A DNA stretch of 35,877 nt from a virus. Under the pieces are notes generated by a model. The model was given only the letters and a program-made list of their open reading frames with translations, did no database searches and was not told the DNA's origin. The position numbers and the translations under genes are program-made. This document shows positions 30,815 through 35,877 of this stretch, piece after piece. The stretch's first letter is position 1, and every line of letters starts with the position of its first letter. The stretch spans positions 1 to 35,877 of IMG/VR virus record IMGVR_UViG_3300045988_053149; one strand, given 5' to 3'.

Positions 30815-31123
30815 ATGGCGTTTACTGACAATTTGCAGTCTCTTATGAGCGCAAAAGGGATATCCCGTCGAAAATTGGCGAAAGAGTGCGGGATAAGCCC
30901 CAGCGCGGTGAACTCATGGTTCAACCGCAGCGCCGAGAACATCAGCTTGCAGACGTTGAAGAAGCTGTCGGACTACTTCGGTATAAGCATCGAGGAGCTT
31001 GTCCACGGCAGCAAGCAAACGCGCGAGATAACATTTTCGAGCAGCGCGTACACTGACGAAGAATTGAAACAGATAAAACAGTTCGCACACTTTTTGATAA
31101 GGCAACGAGAAAGGAATGAATGA
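30815..31123 (+). CDS. cI-like XRE-family repressor (102 aa)
   Basis: The HTH is ISRRKLAKECGISPSAVNSWFN. RBS is GGAAAGGAG. It is divergent from the Cro-like gene and 3 nt upstream of the integrase. Confidence 0.8.
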   Translation: MAFTDNLQSLMSAKGISRRKLAKECGISPSAVNSWFNRSAENISLQTLKKLSDYFGISIEELVHGSKQTREITFSSSAYTDEELKQIKQFAHFLIRQRERNE

Positions 31124-31126
31124 TGG

Positions 31127-32629
31127 ATGGCATACGCAATGTACCTGCGCAAGTCACGCGCAGACGAGGAACTAGGATACGAGAACACGCTTGAACGACA
31201 CGAGGAAATGTTGCGCAACCTAGCGGCGCAGACTGGAATCCACGTAGACGAATCGCACATCTACAGGGAAATTGTCTCGGGTGAGAGCATCGAAGCCCGC
31301 CCGCAGATGCAGAAGCTGCTGAAGGCGGTCGAGATGGGACTTTACACTGGCGTGCTCTGCATAGAGCTTGAACGCCTCAGCCGTGGGGACGGAGCCGACC
31401 AACAAAGGATACTGAAGGCGTTCCAGTTCTCCGATACGAAGATAATCACGCTAACAAAGACCTACGACCTAGCGGGAGACGATTCATTCGACGAGGAATT
31501 CTTCGAGTTCGGGCTTTTCATGAGCCGCCGCGAGTACAAGATGATTAAAAAGCGCCTGTATCGCGGAAGGATACAGGCGCAGAAGGAAGGATATTTTATC
31601 GGGTCGCGCCCGCCTTACGGGTACGACAAGAAGCGAATCGGCAAGGGCTATGTTCTGGTACCAAACGAGAACGCGGAAGTTGTGCGATACATCTTCAGAA
31701 GGTACGCGCAACGCGAGACGGCGGCGAACATCCTGCACGACCTGAACAACATGGCTATCCCGACAGTGACCGGCACGAAGTGGACGGCCTACGCGATTCG
31801 CGAGGTCATCAAGAACCAGACGTACATCGGGAAGATAAACACCAAGACGGTTCGCTGTGAGAAGTCAATCAAGGACGGGAAGGTCGTTCAAAGGTGGCTG
31901 AACAACTACGAACCCGTTGTGGTGGAAGGAAAGCACGAGCCGATAGTCGATGAAGAGCTGTTCTGGAAGTGTCAGGAAGTCCGCGACAGCAAGAAGACGA
32001 GAATGAGGTCAGACCTGACATTGAAGAACCCGCTGGCATCGATAATGTTCTGCAGCGTGTGCGGCAAGACGATTCGCCGCACACATTACGACTATAAGGG
32101 CGAAAGGACTTTCTACTATGGTTGCGTCACGTCACGCTGCGAGACGAAGAACACTTTCACCCATGTTGTCTACGATATGGTAATTGACGAACTCAAGAAG
32201 GAATTGGAACGCCAGCAGGTCGTGCTCGCAAGCTACGACACATCGCCAGAGCATGACGCGAGAAGGGACGAACTCGAAATGCTCAGGGCGGAACTTGGCA
32301 AGAAGTCGATGATGCTGGAAAGGGCCTGCGAGGCATATGAGACTGGAATCTACGACCGACAGACGTATCTTGAGCGTGTGCAGAAGGTCAACGCCGCGAG
32401 GGCGGAGCTTCAGGCGAGGGTCGAGGAACTTGAAGCGAGCATCGAGGAAAGCGAGGAAAGGCACGAGAAGGCCGTGCCGATTCTCACAAGGGTTGTCGAG
32501 GAAATGCACACCTTGGAGCCGAAGGAGCAGAACGACCTGCTCAAGATGATTATCGATAGAATCGAATATGAAAAGACTGAGTCGGGCGCGGCGATAGAAC
32601 CCACGCTTCGAATCAGTCTCAAAATATAA
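31127..32629 (+). CDS. int: Large serine recombinase (integrase, 500 aa)
   Basis: The N-terminal resolvase domain has YLRKSRAD (catalytic Ser). It is followed by a recombinase domain, a Cys-rich zinc beta-ribbon (CSVCGK...YYGC) and a C-terminal coiled coil. Confidence 0.9.
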   Translation: MAYAMYLRKSRADEELGYENTLERHEEMLRNLAAQTGIHVDESHIYREIVSGESIEARPQMQKLLKAVEMGLYTGVLCIELERLSRGDGADQQRILKAFQFSDTKIITLTKTYDLAGDDSFDEEFFEFGLFMSRREYKMIKKRLYRGRIQAQKEGYFIGSRPPYGYDKKRIGKGYVLVPNENAEVVRYIFRRYAQRETAANILHDLNNMAIPTVTGTKWTAYAIREVIKNQTYIGKINTKTVRCEKSIKDGKVVQRWLNNYEPVVVEGKHEPIVDEELFWKCQEVRDSKKTRMRSDLTLKNPLASIMFCSVCGKTIRRTHYDYKGERTFYYGCVTSRCETKNTFTHVVYDMVIDELKKELERQQVVLASYDTSPEHDARRDELEMLRAELGKKSMMLERACEAYETGIYDRQTYLERVQKVNAARAELQARVEELEASIEESEERHEKAVPILTRVVEEMHTLEPKEQNDLLKMIIDRIEYEKTESGAAIEPTLRISLKI

Positions 32630-32639
32630 TCTTTCCACC

Positions 32640-32675
32640 ATCATGAGGGGACGCATTTATGCACCCCTCCATGAT
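32640..32675. other. Imperfect inverted repeat, candidate attP core
   Basis: ATCATGAGGGG-13 nt-CCCCTCCATGAT lies directly after the integrase stop and has no T-run, so it is not a typical terminator. Confidence 0.3.
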
Positions 32676-32690
32676 TCCAGAAACATAATT

Positions 32691-32723
32691 AAGGCGGATA
32701 GCTCAAGTGCTACCCGCCTTTTT
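32691..32723 (+). terminator. Intrinsic terminator between the convergent integrase and fibre genes
   Basis: AAGGCGG-A-TAGC-tcaagt-GCTA-C-CCGCCTT followed by TTT. The opposite direction has only a weak AATTAT tail. Confidence 0.6.
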
Positions 32724-32724
32724 G

Positions 32725-34479
32725 CTATGCGGTGCGTTTCCACATGTAAACTGCCAGATACGGCGGCATGTTGTTGTGCGCCTTGTTTCCGCCAGTGTAA
32801 AGCGTGTTGACGTTGCCGCTGTAGCCCTTCTTGTCGTTCGCCTGGACCGTCATGAACGAGGTTGTCCCGCCCGTGACGTTGTAGTTGTCCAGCGCGTGGT
32901 TATGCGACGGCATCTCGGACGTTGTGAGCTGGTGAACTGCTTCGCCGCCAGTGCTGCCAGCCGCATATGTCGAATCGGCTCCGAGGAGGAAGCGCCCGCC
33001 GATGCGCTCCCATGTCCCACCGAACAATGCAGCGGGATTCGCGTCGAGCACGCTCAGATAGATTGCCCCGACTGGGTAAGCGCCCTGAGCCGTCAGCCAT
33101 GCCGAATCGCCTAGCTGCAAAACGTCCGATTGGCTTGGCAGGCAGTTCACGCCGACGCTGGATTTCTTGGTGTCGATGAAGAACGCGGGGATGCCCTTGC
33201 CGAGAGCGAGGTTGTATTCGGTCGTTTCCAGCTTGTCCGCGATTGTCGCAACGAAGTCGTAGGCGGAATCCCTGTCGCACGTCACCGTTGATTGGATGGA
33301 ATCCTCCAACTCGATTGGCGTTCCGTAGCTCGAATCCGAAACCTTCTTGAACTTCACCGTGATGGTGATGGCGTTCTTGCCATTAAGGTACGCGTACCGC
33401 GAGTTCGCGGTGATGTACGTCGTAGGCTCGAAGTTGTTCAGGCGGTGCAGGTCGATGACGGCAGTCGGGGCGCTGTAATCATCGACGGTCACCTGAACCG
33501 ATTTGCTCGCAGTGAACCCACGGCTGTCTTTTGCCGTGACGGTCAGCGCCTGAGAATACGAAACGTCCACAGTGCCGATTGAGACAGCACCAGCGCTCAG
33601 CACCTTCTTCGACACGCCGCCGAACGAGATTTCATAGCTCGCGATTGTCGCGCCCTTCTTCGCCGTTGCTGTCGGAATCGTCACGGTCAATACTGAGTGG
33701 TTCTGGACGATTCGCGACTTGTCACCAGTCACCGCCACCGTGGCGGCATTGGTGTCCTCGTACGAGACTTCCCCAAGCGCTGGCGCTGCGTCAACGACGT
33801 TCATCTTCCTTTCGGCCCGCGAGTAGTACGCGGTGCCATCGATTGTCGTTTTCAGAACGTACGTGACCTTCAGCGTCGGCGAGTCCTCGCTCGCGTTACG
33901 CAGGGTCGTGCGCTCAGAATCTGTGAGCTGCATCGTGTACGAGCCGCCTGCACCGCTTATCGCACCTGCCCTAGTGATGCTTCCGCCTGCAAATTCTATT
34001 GACACGTCGCACGAGAACGAGGACGGATTGCTGTAGGTCAGCGTCGGGTTCGTCTCGTCCGTGAAGTCGTTGGCGGTCACGATTGTCGCGTTTCGGGCTA
34101 TCCTGTCGAGCGTGATGGAGCCTGAAGCCGTGATGCTCCCGACCTTCTTGCCGTCAATCGTGGCGTTGATGTTGAACGTGTCGGTTAGCTTCGCTGTCTT
34201 CGTGCCGTCAGCGTCATGCGACACCCTGTGGACGGTCGTGCCGAGAAGAACCGAGCCGCCCTTCTGGTTGATGCTTCCAGAGGTGTATCCCTGCGAAACA
34301 CCTCCGACCGAGCAGGTGTTCGTGCGCGAAGCGATGTTCAGCGAGTACGCGGAGCCGATGACCAGCGTGTGCTTGACCGTCACGTCGGAATAATTGCCAG
34401 CCGCGTTCTGAACAGCGCTCCAATCCGCCCGCAGCGTGTAACCTCGATATGCGCCTGTGATGCTGCCGCTTGATGCCAT
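32725..34479 (-). CDS. Tail fibre / receptor-binding protein: DUF859-like N-terminus + C-terminal tail-collar-like domain (584 aa)
   Basis: The C-terminus PVGAIYLSVLDANPAALFGGTWERIGGRFLLGA...GGEAVHQLTTSEMPSHNH matches the phage tail-collar pattern. It is the last gene of the tail module. Confidence 0.7.
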   Translation of the reverse strand: MASSGSITGAYRGYTLRADWSAVQNAAGNYSDVTVKHTLVIGSAYSLNIASRTNTCSVGGVSQGYTSGSINQKGGSVLLGTTVHRVSHDADGTKTAKLTDTFNINATIDGKKVGSITASGSITLDRIARNATIVTANDFTDETNPTLTYSNPSSFSCDVSIEFAGGSITRAGAISGAGGSYTMQLTDSERTTLRNASEDSPTLKVTYVLKTTIDGTAYYSRAERKMNVVDAAPALGEVSYEDTNAATVAVTGDKSRIVQNHSVLTVTIPTATAKKGATIASYEISFGGVSKKVLSAGAVSIGTVDVSYSQALTVTAKDSRGFTASKSVQVTVDDYSAPTAVIDLHRLNNFEPTTYITANSRYAYLNGKNAITITVKFKKVSDSSYGTPIELEDSIQSTVTCDRDSAYDFVATIADKLETTEYNLALGKGIPAFFIDTKKSSVGVNCLPSQSDVLQLGDSAWLTAQGAYPVGAIYLSVLDANPAALFGGTWERIGGRFLLGADSTYAAGSTGGEAVHQLTTSEMPSHNHALDNYNVTGGTTSFMTVQANDKKGYSGNVNTLYTGGNKAHNNMPPYLAVYMWKRTA

Positions 34480-34494
34480 TCGATTTCCCCCTTC

Positions 34495-35877
34495 CTATGC
34501 CAGCGCGACGAACGCGATGCCAGTGCTTGCGTTCGTCTGAATCGGTACCATCTTCATCAGACCGCCGATAGCGAGCGAGCTGTTGATGTACCCGTTCGCC
34601 ATGTAGAACACACCGTCGGTAACGCCGTAGGTCGCGTTTCCCTGCGCGTCGTAGCCCACAAGGCCCTGCGAAGCGTTGATTTCGATGCGCGAGCCGTCGT
34701 TGGCCCACATGCGAAGCCCATCCTTGTCGAGCTGTCCCAGCAGCGAGCCGCCCGCCGAGCGAACCTCCATCACGCCGTTGCCGTTTTCGGTACCTCCCAG
34801 CTTCAGCGTGCCGCCCTTGATTAAATCGGCCACGAAATTGATGACGTTGATATTCTGCATGTTCATCGTGCCGTCGATGCCCCACGCGCTCTCGAAAGTC
34901 CCGGCGATGCCGTTGCGCGAGAAGGCGATGCCGTTGTCGTTAATCATGATGACGTTGTGCGCGTCCTCCTTCGGCAGCGAGTCCAGCACCATGATTTTCG
35001 ATCCGTCGTAGATGACGTACGAAGCGCCCATCGACTGCGTGATGGCCTGCGTGACCGTATCCGTAACGCCCTGAATAGCGCTGTTGACCGTGCTCTGTGC
35101 CGCGCTTTGCGCAGACGATTGCAGCGTTCCAGCAAGGCCGCTGAGCGTCTTGGTGAAGTTTCCGAACTCGATTTCTGTGTACTTGCCGAGGATGCAGTCA
35201 TACGTGAACCCGATAACGCTTGTCAGGATATGCACGCCAAGGCGCTCGTCGATGACTTCCACCGTGTCTCCGATGTCGGTCACGCGTTCGAGGTTGGCCT
35301 TCAACGTGTAGTTGACCTTCGGCACGCAGTTTGCGTTGACGTAGTCCTGTGCCTGCCTTCTCAGGTCATCGACAAGGGCTTTACGGTATGCCGTCTCGTC
35401 GTTGCCGTAATCGTCTTTCTCGATTGAGGATTGCGAGAACGAGACGGTCTTGGTGAACGGTATGTCCCATTTCTGCTCGCTCTCGACGTAGATTGACGCG
35501 CTCGGGTCTTGGTCGTTTAGAAGGATGCCGTCCGTGCCCACAGGCAGCAGCTTCGTTACGACGCTGCTCCAATCGTACTTGCACATGAGTTCCTTCAGGT
35601 TCTTGCGGTACCTGACGGTCACGCCGTTGTCTGCCCCGATTGACTGGCGAAGCTCGATGCGGAAATTGTCGCGCACCAGATGCCCGCCCCAGCGCTCGAT
35701 AACCGTTTGAATCGCTTCGTAAAGCGACTTTCTGACGCAGCGGAACGAGTCAATCGTCTGCACGTCCGAGATGGTTACGAACTCGCTCTTCGGCTCCGTG
35801 GCTTCGTTCAGGTGGTCGAGCGCCGAGTTTGCCGTCATGTCAACGACATACGAATCGGCAATGAGGTAGTTCTTGGA
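34495..35877 (-). CDS. Tal-like tail-tip protein, C-terminal 461 codons of the gene that starts at 319 (wraps the circular junction)
   Basis: The frame stays open from the track ATG (35838) to the window end and continues at 56..319 through the 55-bp overlap. Confidence 0.75.
   Translation of the reverse strand, partial: SKNYLIADSYVVDMTANSALDHLNEATEPKSEFVTISDVQTIDSFRCVRKSLYEAIQTVIERWGGHLVRDNFRIELRQSIGADNGVTVRYRKNLKELMCKYDWSSVVTKLLPVGTDGILLNDQDPSASIYVESEQKWDIPFTKTVSFSQSSIEKDDYGNDETAYRKALVDDLRRQAQDYVNANCVPKVNYTLKANLERVTDIGDTVEVIDERLGVHILTSVIGFTYDCILGKYTEIEFGNFTKTLSGLAGTLQSSAQSAAQSTVNSAIQGVTDTVTQAITQSMGASYVIYDGSKIMVLDSLPKEDAHNVIMINDNGIAFSRNGIAGTFESAWGIDGTMNMQNINVINFVADLIKGGTLKLGGTENGNGVMEVRSAGGSLLGQLDKDGLRMWANDGSRIEINASQGLVGYDAQGNATYGVTDGVFYMANGYINSSLAIGGLMKMVPIQTNASTGIAFVALA
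35823..35877. repeat. 55-bp terminal direct repeat, identical to 1-55
   Basis: Direct comparison of the window ends. Confidence 0.95.

Noticed and set aside
1-35877. Stop-codon reassignment (TAG or TGA recoding) as the explanation for the in-frame stops at 22846, 23835 and 22238-22255.
   Set aside because: TAG, TGA and TAA each terminate conserved genes at the expected lengths (TAG: terL, tape measure, ssb; TGA: Dit, DnaC-like; TAA: capsid, portal). The standard code therefore applies, and the interruptions are local events.

Overview
The window is a complete, circularly closed phage genome. Bases 1-55 repeat exactly at 35823-35877 (unique length 35,822 bp), and one ORF runs in frame through the junction. 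It is a temperate siphovirus-type phage or excised prophage, roughly 55-60% GC by eye. The host is probably Gram-positive: the endolysin is a GH25 muramidase with choline-binding-type wall repeats, and the integrase is a large serine recombinase. All genes but two lie on the minus strand. Minus-strand order: Cro-like regulator; a recombination/replication module (Gp157-like, Rad52-like annealase, SSB, NinB-like, dUTPase, DUF1064, DnaD-like organizer, DnaC-like loader); a sigma-like regulator; small accessory genes (Lar-like, two genes broken by in-frame stops, small membrane proteins); a strong terminator; the lysis cassette; HNH endonuclease; a ParB-domain protein plus two paralogous GT-A-like transferases; P27-type TerS; TerL; HK97-type portal, protease and capsid; connectors; phi13-type major tail protein; G/GT chaperones with an A_AAA_AAC -1 slippery site; tape measure; Dit; three paralogous fibre genes (one collagen-like); a Tal-like tip protein; and a large collar-domain fibre. 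On the plus strand a cI-like repressor and the serine integrase form the lysogeny operon. Two free-standing GIY-YIG homing endonuclease genes interrupt the terS/terL and head-tail gene strings. The most unusual signal is three perfect copies of the chromosomal parS core palindrome GTTTCACGTGAAAC, each embedded in frame (V-S-R-E-T) inside coding sequence, in a genome with no ParA and only a non-canonical ParB-domain protein. Other notable points are a candidate DNA or virion glycosylation module, a 15-bp-phased iteron patch inside the replication organizer gene, a modular fibre paralog cluster between Dit and Tal, and a TerL Walker A motif with Gly replaced by Phe. All product calls rest on motif recognition by eye; no database search was possible.
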